Position numbers and translations under genes: made by a program. The notes beneath the pieces were generated by a model. That model worked only from the letters and a program-made list of their open reading frames with translations, was not told the DNA's origin and did not search any database. A DNA stretch of 64,000 nt, from the IMG/VR virus record IMGVR_UViG_3300005253_000946; one strand, given 5' to 3'. Below are positions 40,992-49,878 of this stretch, one piece after another; the first letter of the stretch is position 1, and each line of letters opens with the position of its first letter. This stretch comes from a virus.

Positions 40992-42002
40992 ATGCCAGCA
41001 CAAGTCGAATCAATGATGTTTGCGGGGGAAACGCCGTGGCATCGAGAAGGTGTTTACGTAGGAGATCACAACCTGACTTCAGAAGGAGCTATTGTCAAAG
41101 CAGGATTGGACTGGGAAGTAGAGCAAGTACCTTTTTACACAATGGAGCTTAAGGCTCATACTGGACCCAAATCTGATGTAGAGTTCAATTCTCCTGCAGG
41201 GTCTCCAGAGATATTTAACGCTAAAGAAGTTGAAGGTCTAAAAATAGTTCGTCGTGTTAGAGACAAGAACGTCTATGGGGTCTTTACTGATGCTTACGAG
41301 CCTTTACAAAATAGAGACGCTTTCGGGTTTATAGATAGTCTGGTAGAGACCGGTGGAGTTACTATCCATACTGCAGGATCGCTCCAGGGCGGTAAGAGGG
41401 TTTGGATATTAGCCAAGCTTCCTAATGTAATGGAAGTCCTTAGAGATGATATAGTAGATAAGTATCTCCTCTTCGCTAACTCTCACGACGGGTCTTTAGC
41501 TGTAACGGCTCTATTTACTCCTATAAGAGTAGTATGTTGTAACACACTGTCTTTGGCTCTGAGCAGTAGGGATAAGGCTAGGACCGTTAAATTTCGACAC
41601 AGTAAAAACGTTATGGAGAAAGTCGAAGAGGCTAAAAATATTCTAGGGATTGCCAATCAAGAGTTTGAAAAGTCTTTAGAGATGTATAAAGCTTTTGCGG
41701 TTAAGCAGATGAACTTCTCCAAGTTACAGTCTTTTGTAGAGGAGTTATTCCCTAAACTAGAAGACAAAGAAGAGGCTTCTACGAGAACACAGAATATCCG
41801 TAATAAAGTTCTTAAACTACACGAAGACGGTATAGGGACAGATATTGCTGGTGTCAGGGGAACAGGATGGGGTGTCTACAACGCGGTTGTAGAGTACGCA
41901 GACTTCGAGCGTGGCCGAGACAGTTCTAGATTGAACTCAGCTTGGTTTGGGTCTGGTGCCCAATTAAAGAGTAGAGCTGCACAGCTATTGGCTGCTGCTT
42001 AG
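40992..42002 (+). CDS. DUF932 / phage-plasmid TIGR03299-like protein
   Basis: TPWHREG, AGLDWEV, PLQNRDAF, TAGSLQGGKRVW, NSHDGS, TPIRVVCCNTL. Confidence 0.9.
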   Translation: MPAQVESMMFAGETPWHREGVYVGDHNLTSEGAIVKAGLDWEVEQVPFYTMELKAHTGPKSDVEFNSPAGSPEIFNAKEVEGLKIVRRVRDKNVYGVFTDAYEPLQNRDAFGFIDSLVETGGVTIHTAGSLQGGKRVWILAKLPNVMEVLRDDIVDKYLLFANSHDGSLAVTALFTPIRVVCCNTLSLALSSRDKARTVKFRHSKNVMEKVEEAKNILGIANQEFEKSLEMYKAFAVKQMNFSKLQSFVEELFPKLEDKEEASTRTQNIRNKVLKLHEDGIGTDIAGVRGTGWGVYNAVVEYADFERGRDSSRLNSAWFGSGAQLKSRAAQLLAAA

Positions 42003-42577
42003 TTCTACAAGACACTGTAATCATTTCAGGTCCGTCTTAGGAAGCTAGGGCGGACTTGAGTTGGTACATCGGATTTCTACTATTTGTAACTAAAGATTGT
42101 ATGTCTCTTTGAGTCACAGCTATAGAGTTGTCTAATCTTTTTAGCTCTCTTTTATTTGTGGCTTCTGCTCTTTCGGACGTTAAACGTCTTAGTTGAGTAT
42201 TAAGCTCCATTAGTTCAAGCGTTTTCATATCGAAACTCCTTTAAAGGTTTCTCAGTTATGTATATGTTAAAACATTTTTGGACAAATTTCAATTAAGCAG
42301 TTCTTGAGAATAGCTTTACGGCTCCGGTTATCCAGTTCTTGAGAACATGTCCAGCTCTGTACACGGTGTACATATCTAAAGCTGTTCCTAAAAAGTCGAA
42401 TATAGTTAGAGTTTGAAACTTTAAACCTTTTCTCGGATTAACCGCTTCGTGGATGTTATGTATCTTCTCTGCAGTACTTGATGAGTTCAATAGATCTCCT
42501 ATGGCTTGATCAGCCGTTAGAATGTATGTATGCTTTTAAGACTTCCAAAATCCCTGTACAGATAAGGAATCTATATT

Positions 42578-42799
42578 ATGAGACTAGACGGACCGTCTAA
42601 AAAATTAGCTGAGACGTTACAAAAAGAGGCCCAAGATAACCAAAAGGTTTCACAGACTACTGCTGGGTATAATGATTCAGGTGAGATTAATAAATGCTCT
42701 ACGTGTAAAACCTTTAAAGCACCTAACTCCTGTACAGTTGTGTCAGGGATTATTTCTCCAGAGGGAACTAGCGATCTCTACTCTCCAAAAACAGAATGA
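42578..42799 (+). CDS. HiPIP-like small protein lacking the fourth Cys
   Basis: KVSQTTAGY...KCSTCKTFKAPNSCTVVSGIISPEGTSDLY. Confidence 0.55.
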   Translation: MRLDGPSKKLAETLQKEAQDNQKVSQTTAGYNDSGEINKCSTCKTFKAPNSCTVVSGIISPEGTSDLYSPKTE

Positions 42800-42850
42800 G
42801 TCAATACTTTTGACTCTCTAATCCCTTATAACAGTAAACGTCTAATGATT

Positions 42851-43024
42851 TCAACGTAATTTTTTTGTCTTACCGCTGCTAGCGTTTACACTATGTAAGT
42901 AGCCACTTAACAATTTCGTGTTTAGATCAGTTACTCTCTTACGACGCTTTAGGTATAGTAATAGTTTAACAAAGCAGTAGACTCCTGCCAGGGATAGTAT
43001 AACTATTACCGTACTGTTACTCAT
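42851..43024 (-). CDS. 57-aa single-pass membrane protein coupled to the E1 gene (not in the ORF track)
   Basis: ATGA overlap with the E1 stop; MSNSTVIVILSLAGVYCFVKLLLYLKRRKR...KKLR. Confidence 0.65.
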   Translation of the reverse strand: MSNSTVIVILSLAGVYCFVKLLLYLKRRKRVTDLNTKLLSGYLHSVNASSGKTKKLR

Positions 43025-43698
43025 ACGACAAATTCTTTGACCATTTGCTGATTGAAGAAATCTACCATCAATCTTTTGTCGGACTCTTCTAGTCCTCCCA
43101 TTAAAAACTTCTTTACCAACCTAGCTATAGGTTGAGCGATACCTAATACTGTATAGATAATCGCCTGCGCAGTGCAAGGGAGTTCTTCAGCCTCGTCATC
43201 GTTGAACAAAGTCTTTTCGTACTCTTCAACGTCTAGTTGATCGGAAGGCCGTAATGTAAATATCTGCGCTACCTCACCACCCATTCTAGAGTCTATGTAG
43301 AGTTCTACCTCTGACTGAGTTCTGACCATGTCGAAGATTGCCTGCCGTGATTTCATAGAATCCACTGCACTGATGACTATACCCGACAGATTCTCGTCCT
43401 CATACCGTTTGTTGTTAATTTTGATATCGAAGTCAGTAAATTCTTTAACAATGTCTGCTAAAGCCTCTACCTTAGACCTTCCAATATCCTTCTTGCGAAA
43501 GAATTGGTTTGGCAGGTTATGAAGCTCTACAGTGTCATCGTCGAAAATTTGCATACGACTTGCGCCCATTTTAGCTAAGGCCAGGGTTGCGAATGAACCT
43601 ATACCTCCGACTCCGATGACGGTGATTCGCTGCTTTTGGAGTTTGTCGTTGTCAATGAAGTCATGTTGACGCCAGTATTCTCTTTGGTCTCGTTGCAT
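43021..43698 (-). CDS. ThiF/E1-like adenylyltransferase
   Basis: VIGVGGIGS, DDDTVELHNLPNQ, KVE, AVDS, IDSRMG, and LPCT putative catalytic Cys. Confidence 0.92.
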   Translation of the reverse strand: MQRDQREYWRQHDFIDNDKLQKQRITVIGVGGIGSFATLALAKMGASRMQIFDDDTVELHNLPNQFFRKKDIGRSKVEALADIVKEFTDFDIKINNKRYEDENLSGIVISAVDSMKSRQAIFDMVRTQSEVELYIDSRMGGEVAQIFTLRPSDQLDVEEYEKTLFNDDEAEELPCTAQAIIYTVLGIAQPIARLVKKFLMGGLEESDKRLMVDFFNQQMVKEFVV

Positions 43699-44729
43699 AT
43701 GTCTTTCCCTTCTAATCTTTGTAGCTCGTTTTCCATAAATCTGAGCATTGTTGTCGCCGTTTCAAATTTAATTACTTCGGCCTCTTGTAAAATCCTGATG
43801 GTGGCTACTATATATCCATTGAGTAAAGCGTATACAGCCCGTTCAGGGTCATCGGAGTACGCAAGAACTGTTTCACTCAGATACTCTTGAAGCTTTTCAG
43901 GTAACCTATCAAACAGACTGAACTCTGTTTTATTATGGATACCATCTAGAGGAACTGGCAGATTTGTAGTGTCTATTAGAACAGGCAACACATCACTCAT
44001 GTCGGAATCTTCGTCAATAGTAAATTCATCAATCATGTCGGAATCTTCGTTAGGAGGCCAGACTTGATCTACAGGTTTGGTGGGGTGCGAAGTAGTTGGA
44101 GGTTTTGCAAACCCAGCAGCTGTTTTCGGTTTAAACTGTTTAGCAGCTGCAGCTCTTTGTTTCCAAGTACCTCCGTAACCATAATACTGGAGATAATCGT
44201 CTGCGAAAAAATCTTCCTTTACTTTCAATTTGTACTCCTCTGTATACCTTTCAGTGTCCTCAATAGGGATGTCTGGGTGTATTACATAGTCAAGATTGTC
44301 GCAGTTTATTTTAAACGGATCCCATGCATCTATTCGTAATTTGTATGATCCTAGAGAGTTGACTACCAAGGAGATAAACCAAGGCAGATAGCTCATAGAA
44401 TTTATGGTCGAATTATCTTGACCACTCCAGAAGGTGCCAGTAGTCCCATGACTATGCCACCAGAATCGTAGATCCTCAGTAGGTATATCTTTCTTGTTTA
44501 AGTCAGCCATTAGTTTCATAACTTCCTGCTCATCTAGGTCACTGTCAGCAGAAGTCACTTTTTGTTTAAGCAGGAAAACGGCATAGACTTCAAACACTGA
44601 CCCTACTTTTTTGACAAGACCTATACCTGACACTTCGTTTGGAGACGATAGTCTCGTCCATAAAGATATTTTGGCCAGAACTGAAGACCATACTTTTATC
44701 ATAGGTACTGTTACACTTATATTTTTCAT
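43599..44729 (-). CDS. JAB/JAMM metallo-isopeptidase (probable start 44729)
   Basis: NEVSG...WWHSHGTTGTFWSGQD fits E...H-S-H-x7-S-x2-D; long acidic C-terminal region. Confidence 0.9.
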   Translation of the reverse strand: MKNISVTVPMIKVWSSVLAKISLWTRLSSPNEVSGIGLVKKVGSVFEVYAVFLLKQKVTSADSDLDEQEVMKLMADLNKKDIPTEDLRFWWHSHGTTGTFWSGQDNSTINSMSYLPWFISLVVNSLGSYKLRIDAWDPFKINCDNLDYVIHPDIPIEDTERYTEEYKLKVKEDFFADDYLQYYGYGGTWKQRAAAAKQFKPKTAAGFAKPPTTSHPTKPVDQVWPPNEDSDMIDEFTIDEDSDMSDVLPVLIDTTNLPVPLDGIHNKTEFSLFDRLPEKLQEYLSETVLAYSDDPERAVYALLNGYIVATIRILQEAEVIKFETATTMLRFMENELQRLEGKDICNETKENTGVNMTSLTTTNSKSSESPSSESEV

Positions 44730-44742
44730 ACTAGTTGTTCCT

Positions 44743-46134
44743 TTAGTCGCGGTCATAGTCGCTGTCTTCCCAAGGATCTCCTCCAGAATCATCCCATTCT
44801 ATATAACGATCCACCTCTTTATTCTCTAATGACTTGTCCCACAAAAGTGCAGGAGCATACCAGCTAGGTGGGTAGATTGAGTCTAGATACCGATCCATAA
44901 ACATCACTATCTGATATAGATCGCCTTCTTTTAGGAAATGAGATATCTCAGAGAGATTATCTCCCCAACAAGGATCTCCTCCTCCTGTTATGTGAGGATG
45001 TATATAATGTTCACCACTCCAGCGTTTAGTATCTGAATAGGATCCTACTTTAATAGTCTTTCTATCCAGATCTATCATAATTTCAAAGGGACCCCATTCT
45101 AATCTGAAGTCACGGCCGAAATCGTTAGAATCCCATGCCCAATGTATTATTCTGGCACGTGTCTTTAATTTACAGACAAGAGAACCACTGTGGTGAGATG
45201 TTCCTATGGAAATAGAGGTAAACTTCTTTGGCACAAAATCTCTGGCGATCTTCTTGATGATATCTTTAACCATCTGTTGGTGCTGGTGTCTGCTTACTGA
45301 TGTTAGATACTTGTTTTGTATTTCGATACCTCTTATTTTTGAGAATATATCTCTCGCCTCGTTCTGTAGATGTAAGACTTTGTTTCTGCTGTCATATAAC
45401 ATTTGAGTGTTTTCATTAACAGTTTTTTGTAGTTGGTCCCATTTTTGTCTCTCAAACTTCTTACCCATGTTTGCCACTAGGTAATCATTAACTAGTCTAG
45501 GAGGGTTTAGTGTTGAGTATCTTAGACGAATAGGTATGTCTCTAGTAAAAAACTGATTTAGAGGCATATCGAAGTCCCCAACTACCAAATCGTCTAGATA
45601 CGCTTCTAGTAAGTTTCCGTTCTCATGGATTTTTTTTAAACTATTTGAGAACACGTACCCTAAGTGCCCACTTCGATTATTTGTGTAACTCATAAGAAGG
45701 TCTAGGGGTGTATATAAAATAACAGTACTAGTTAAGGTGTCTACCCAACCGGCCTCATGGTTGGGTCCATTATTTTTGAGGTATATTCTTAGGCGGTTAT
45801 CTTGGTGATCAGCGCCTTCACAGTAATCTTCTGAGAACAACATACAGCAATGTGGGTATTGGATTTCGTGTTCTCTTACTCTAAAACGGTAGCAGTCCAT
45901 GTTGTACTCGTTTTCGAATACATAGTCTCCACCAAAATTTTGGTATGGTGGGTATTTATTGCTGTCACAGGACATCGGAAAATTTATAGTCATTCCGGTA
46001 AAAGATCCAGAAGATCGAATACTGTCTAAAACTGATGTACCCCAAGGCAGGTCGACAGAACTTTCTACAGCCATGAAAGGAATATTAGGAAATTTTTCTC
46101 TGATACTCGCCGGTAATATGCTAGTGACATCCAT
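44743..46134 (-). CDS. coiled-coil protein with a C-terminal prokaryotic E2 (UBC-like) domain (probable start 46134)
   Basis: YIHPHITGGGDPCWG aligns with the E2 HPN...G.ICL active-site pattern; AAGGAG RBS before MDVTS. Confidence 0.75.
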   Translation of the reverse strand: MDVTSILPASIREKFPNIPFMAVESSVDLPWGTSVLDSIRSSGSFTGMTINFPMSCDSNKYPPYQNFGGDYVFENEYNMDCYRFRVREHEIQYPHCCMLFSEDYCEGADHQDNRLRIYLKNNGPNHEAGWVDTLTSTVILYTPLDLLMSYTNNRSGHLGYVFSNSLKKIHENGNLLEAYLDDLVVGDFDMPLNQFFTRDIPIRLRYSTLNPPRLVNDYLVANMGKKFERQKWDQLQKTVNENTQMLYDSRNKVLHLQNEARDIFSKIRGIEIQNKYLTSVSRHQHQQMVKDIIKKIARDFVPKKFTSISIGTSHHSGSLVCKLKTRARIIHWAWDSNDFGRDFRLEWGPFEIMIDLDRKTIKVGSYSDTKRWSGEHYIHPHITGGGDPCWGDNLSEISHFLKEGDLYQIVMFMDRYLDSIYPPSWYAPALLWDKSLENKEVDRYIEWDDSGGDPWEDSDYDRD

Positions 46135-46186
46135 CTTGTGTAGTCTCCTTTGATAGATAGGTCTAAAGTTTAAGTGAGTTTTGGTC

Positions 46187-46222
46187 ACGGTGTGAGCGCC
46201 TAAAAGTAGACGCTCACACCGT
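46187..46222. promoter_or_regulatory. strong stem-loop between the Ubl and E2 genes
   Basis: ACGGTGTGAGCG...CGCTCACACCGT perfect 12-bp stem. Confidence 0.7.
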
Positions 46223-46268
46223 TAAACAATAATCAATAAGTCACGAGAGACAGAGCGTGTAGCTAAAT

Positions 46269-46487
46269 TTAAGCTACAAGACCCGCCTTCATTTTACCGG
46301 AGACGTAGAGTTCGCAATCCTCAGTTAGAGGTGAGGCTAATGTGACAGCCTCACCGTCGATAGAAAGGGATTGACCATCCGTAGGGATGCTGGCCTTGTT
46401 GAGAGCGTCTTCGACTGTTTGGCCGGATTCGAGTTCAACAACCTGTTTATCGCTTCCGAACCTGTGTATAGTTACTCGCACGTGCAT
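46269..46487 (-). CDS. ubiquitin-like (ThiS/MoaD beta-grasp) protein with a C-terminal extension
   Basis: VELESGQTVEDAL...LSIDGEAV...PLTEDCELYVSGKMKAG-LVA; GGAGG RBS. Confidence 0.85.
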   Translation of the reverse strand: MHVRVTIHRFGSDKQVVELESGQTVEDALNKASIPTDGQSLSIDGEAVTLASPLTEDCELYVSGKMKAGLVA

Positions 46488-46546
46488 TGGTTTATTACCT
46501 CCGTAATAATTGGTTTAGTTAGAGTCGTGCACAATTTGCTTCAACA

Positions 46547-46576
46547 TCCTTATGGCAGTTTTTATGAGAAAATTGC
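46547..46576 (-). promoter_or_regulatory. phage-type promoter of the Ubl operon
   Basis: GCAATT-N18-TAAGGA, one of eight motif copies with 18-nt spacing. Confidence 0.6.
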
Positions 46577-46624
46577 AGGCAGTAAAGGGTTGCGTTTAGA
46601 TTGGCAATGTACTATTTTTAGACT

Positions 46625-47149
46625 ATGCCGAATCCAGACAGCCATCTGACAAATATAATAAATAGTAAGCTGGACAGTTTAACCCTGGCGCTAACCGATC
46701 TGGTTGTTACTGCTGAAGAGTTAGACGGAACTGGTGTCGGTCCTTACGGTCCTGCAACCAGCCTCCCGATACAAGCAGGTTCTTACATTGCTTATGACGG
46801 AGTAACTCCTTTAGTAGAAACTACTAACTACACCATAGTCACTGCTACAGGTCTGTTAACTTTCACTCCAACCTATAATGGTGGTCTCGGCCCTATAGGT
46901 ATAGTCACTTTGGATTATTCTGTGTCTCCAGCGACATTAGATGACTCTAACCTCTTCCCTGTTTCGCAAGCCAATAGTGTTCAGGTAGTTATAGCTGTAA
47001 AGGACGGAGTTTGGGACCAAGCTACATTCGATCAGTATGTAGCAGATGTTACTACGATCCAAGGCAGTCCCTACCTGACTGGCGACCAAGTGCAGATACT
47101 GCAATATCATTTAGACGACATTAATGCTGCCGCCGCATTAGTCTTTTAA
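46625..47149 (+). CDS. probable virion structural protein
   Basis: Thr/Gly/Asp-rich, beta-rich sequence; TTGCGT-N17-TATTTT-N6-ATG upstream. Confidence 0.5.
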   Translation: MPNPDSHLTNIINSKLDSLTLALTDLVVTAEELDGTGVGPYGPATSLPIQAGSYIAYDGVTPLVETTNYTIVTATGLLTFTPTYNGGLGPIGIVTLDYSVSPATLDDSNLFPVSQANSVQVVIAVKDGVWDQATFDQYVADVTTIQGSPYLTGDQVQILQYHLDDINAAAALVF

Positions 47150-47311
47150 AACAGATATAAGCTAGTCGTCCTTGACAAGGTTGGTCTCTTAAAAGAGAGA
47201 GGCCAAGGTTTCTTTGAAGAGTTCGCACTTTCTTGGTATTATTGTGCTGTAGATTTTAAAAAGTCACACCCCCAAATCAAACCCCCCTTACAATTTAAAA
47301 AGGAGGCACTG

Positions 47312-47878
47312 ATGCTTATCAGTACGTTGATCACTGTGTGCACGTTATTCCCTTTGAGTTTCACTACCGATGTAGTCGAGATTCGAAAGGTAGTGTCCAA
47401 GATACAAGAAATTAACCCTAAGATTGAAGAAGATACCGCTCTTGAGATTGTTAGAGGTGTCGGTGCAGGTTCGTGCGAGTTCGGTATTGAGGAGGCATTG
47501 CTACTAGCTGTCATTCATACAGAGTCTACTTTTAAACCTCATGTGGTAGGTGATGGCGGTAAATCTTGGGGACTTACTCAGATAAACTACCCGGTATGGA
47601 AAGCTTTCCCTGAAAGTTTAAAACGTAGTACGGATATTGGAATTCAAGTTGTTGCTGGTGCGTACGCCTTGAATTTTTGGTGGAACTGGGCTAAAAACAA
47701 CTCTAGAAGGTCGAAGAAGGGTCTTTATTGGATCAACCATTATAACAGTGGTGTCTCCTGGAAGGCCGGAAAACCCTGGGCCGCTAAAGTAAAACGACGA
47801 TACAAGATGTGGAAACGCTTAATGTCTGAAGACATAGTCGCTGAGAAAAAAGGCGACGAGGAAGGTACTAGTGGATAA
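47312..47878 (+). CDS. SLT-family lytic transglycosylase
   Basis: AVIHTESTF, SWGLTQIN, HYNSG; hydrophobic N-terminus. Confidence 0.88.
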   Translation: MLISTLITVCTLFPLSFTTDVVEIRKVVSKIQEINPKIEEDTALEIVRGVGAGSCEFGIEEALLLAVIHTESTFKPHVVGDGGKSWGLTQINYPVWKAFPESLKRSTDIGIQVVAGAYALNFWWNWAKNNSRRSKKGLYWINHYNSGVSWKAGKPWAAKVKRRYKMWKRLMSEDIVAEKKGDEEGTSG

Positions 47879-48171
47879 CGAACAGGTACACAAAGCTTTA
47901 ACCGAAGCAATAAACGCTTATGTTTCTAAGCATGACTTCATGCCTGAATATGTAGTCTGCTACGACCTTGACATTTATGAGAACCTTCCAAGACCTTTTA
48001 AGATAATCACGTCCTCTAAAGGAGATGAGGAGCTTTTAAATGTGTTCTATTCAGATACCAGGGAAGGTGCTCTGTTTGAGATAGGATCTTTTATGAACGA
48101 TCCAGTTGTAGTTTATGAACCAGAAGCAGTTCCAGACACAATAGCTCCTGTTATTGTAGGAGGTTAAATAG

Positions 48172-48813
48172 ATGGACGATCTTAAGTTACATCCTCAGAT
48201 GACTCTACAAGAAGTCTCTGAATTAATAACTAGTAAGTTAGATGAAGGTGTCGATATAAAATCTTTGTTTGCTGCCACGGCATCGACTATATTACGGCCG
48301 ATCCTAACGTATGCTGCAGATTCTTTTATTACAGGTGATACTTCAAAGATTGATGTGGAGAAATTGATCAGAGTTTATAGTAAGTGGGTAGAATTAGCAT
48401 TGATACCTGCCTTCTTTGAGATCAGTAATGAATTCCCTGAAGGATGGGATTTGCCTAGGTTAGCTTCTGTCTTAGACCCAAACCAGATGTTGGATATAGA
48501 CGCTTATGGCGAGAACCTATCTAAGACCTTAAACTACTCCGCTGAACTAGAAGATCTACAGGTAGCTATTTCTGAAAGTTCTGGACTTAGTGTGGACTCT
48601 AGATTGGTCGTATTTCTACCTTTAGTGAAAGCTTTGAGTAATTGTTTGGAGGTTATGTTTCTGGAGAATCTTTACTTAGAGACAAACGAGCCTGTAGAAG
48701 TCTCAATAGAAACAGAGGAAGAATTTATAATAAAGTGTCAAACATGGTCTCTTTTATTTGTTTCTCAACTAATCCATTCTGTAAAAGGGGCAGCATCAAG
48801 CTCTGGACTTTAG
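48172..48813 (+). CDS. hypothetical protein
   Basis: 213 aa; its TAG is followed immediately by the in-frame ATG of 48814..49155. Confidence 0.6.
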   Translation: MDDLKLHPQMTLQEVSELITSKLDEGVDIKSLFAATASTILRPILTYAADSFITGDTSKIDVEKLIRVYSKWVELALIPAFFEISNEFPEGWDLPRLASVLDPNQMLDIDAYGENLSKTLNYSAELEDLQVAISESSGLSVDSRLVVFLPLVKALSNCLEVMFLENLYLETNEPVEVSIETEEEFIIKCQTWSLLFVSQLIHSVKGAASSSGL

Positions 48814-49151
48814 ATGGACGAACTGATAGGTAAGTATTTTCTTGTGGGTAGTCGCATTGGTATATCTATTTTTGAGGTGACCAATGTAGTACGCAGAGAT
48901 GGAGACCCTGTTTTTGTGTCTGGAGTACTTATTAAAAAAGGCAAGAAGGGTAGACCTAAAGCGTTAGCTGGACCAGAACTTAAGAACTTAAAATTTATTG
49001 AGCAAGATGAGTTGAAAGATGCACACAAAGCCCTTATGCTTTTACAGAAGTCACGAAGACTTGGTGTTGAACTGACTGTACACGACAATATGAGTACTGT
49101 AGAAAAGATTGCCGCTAACTTTAAGGACTCCTGGATCTGGGGAGCTTTAGA

Positions 49152-49841
49152 ATGATAGCCAGATTATTTGTACTAATAAAGTCGATTCTGTTAGCGATTA
49201 TAGGAAAAAGAGCAGAGTCAATCGCAAGCAGTGTTCCTCCAGAGTTTATAAAAGCTTCTGATGTAGATGTAACGAAACCCCCGCCAGTGAAGGAAACTAA
49301 AACCATGAGTAAAAAAGATGCCGGATTTGATGCAGCATTTGAACTTATCTTAAAACACGAGGGTGGTTTTGTTAACGACCCAGATGACCCAGGCGGGGCT
49401 ACTAAATATGGCATAAGTAATCGAGCAAATCCTATTGACCGTGACGGTGATGGAGATGTTGATGCTGAAGATGCCAAGATGATTACTGAAGAAGAGGCTA
49501 GAGAGATTTACCATGATAAATATTGGACCCCTTCCTTCTGTGATGAGCTTCCTTCTTCTCTAGCTCTCTGTATATTTGATAGTGCTGTTAATCAAGGTAA
49601 GAATCGAGCGTTTAAGATTTTACAACAATCCTTAAAAGTTAAAGTTGACGGTAAAGTTGGTCCTCAAACTTTAGGAGCAGTTAAGAAGAAAGATCCTATG
49701 AGAGCCTTTAGAGACTTCCAAGCCTATAGACAAATATTTTATGCTAAGCTAGTTTCTAGTAAGAAGAAGTTTAAAAAATATGAGTATGGTTGGACTCGTA
49801 GAGTTATCGAAACCACGATAGAAGCTACCAAGCTTCTGTAA
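49152..49841 (+). CDS. glycoside hydrolase family 108 endolysin with a peptidoglycan-binding domain
   Basis: HEGGFVNDPDDPGGATKYGI, FDSAVNQG, VDGKVGPQT, YGWTRRV; EF-hand-like DRDGDGDVDAED insert. Confidence 0.93.
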   Translation: MIARLFVLIKSILLAIIGKRAESIASSVPPEFIKASDVDVTKPPPVKETKTMSKKDAGFDAAFELILKHEGGFVNDPDDPGGATKYGISNRANPIDRDGDGDVDAEDAKMITEEEAREIYHDKYWTPSFCDELPSSLALCIFDSAVNQGKNRAFKILQQSLKVKVDGKVGPQTLGAVKKKDPMRAFRDFQAYRQIFYAKLVSSKKKFKKYEYGWTRRVIETTIEATKLL

Positions 49842-49878
49842 GATACAGGCCCACACAAACCAATAAGGAGATAGTTAA

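Noticed and set aside
43690-43740. Programmed JAB-E1 frameshift fusion
   Set aside because: No canonical X-XXY-YYZ heptamer in register, and E1 has its own SD-like sequence and ATG.
43021-46487. Thiamine/molybdopterin sulfur-relay interpretation of ThiF plus the ThiS-like gene
   Set aside because: No ThiG, MoaE, rhodanese or cysteine desulfurase in the window; the E2-like gene with a catalytic Cys favours conjugation.
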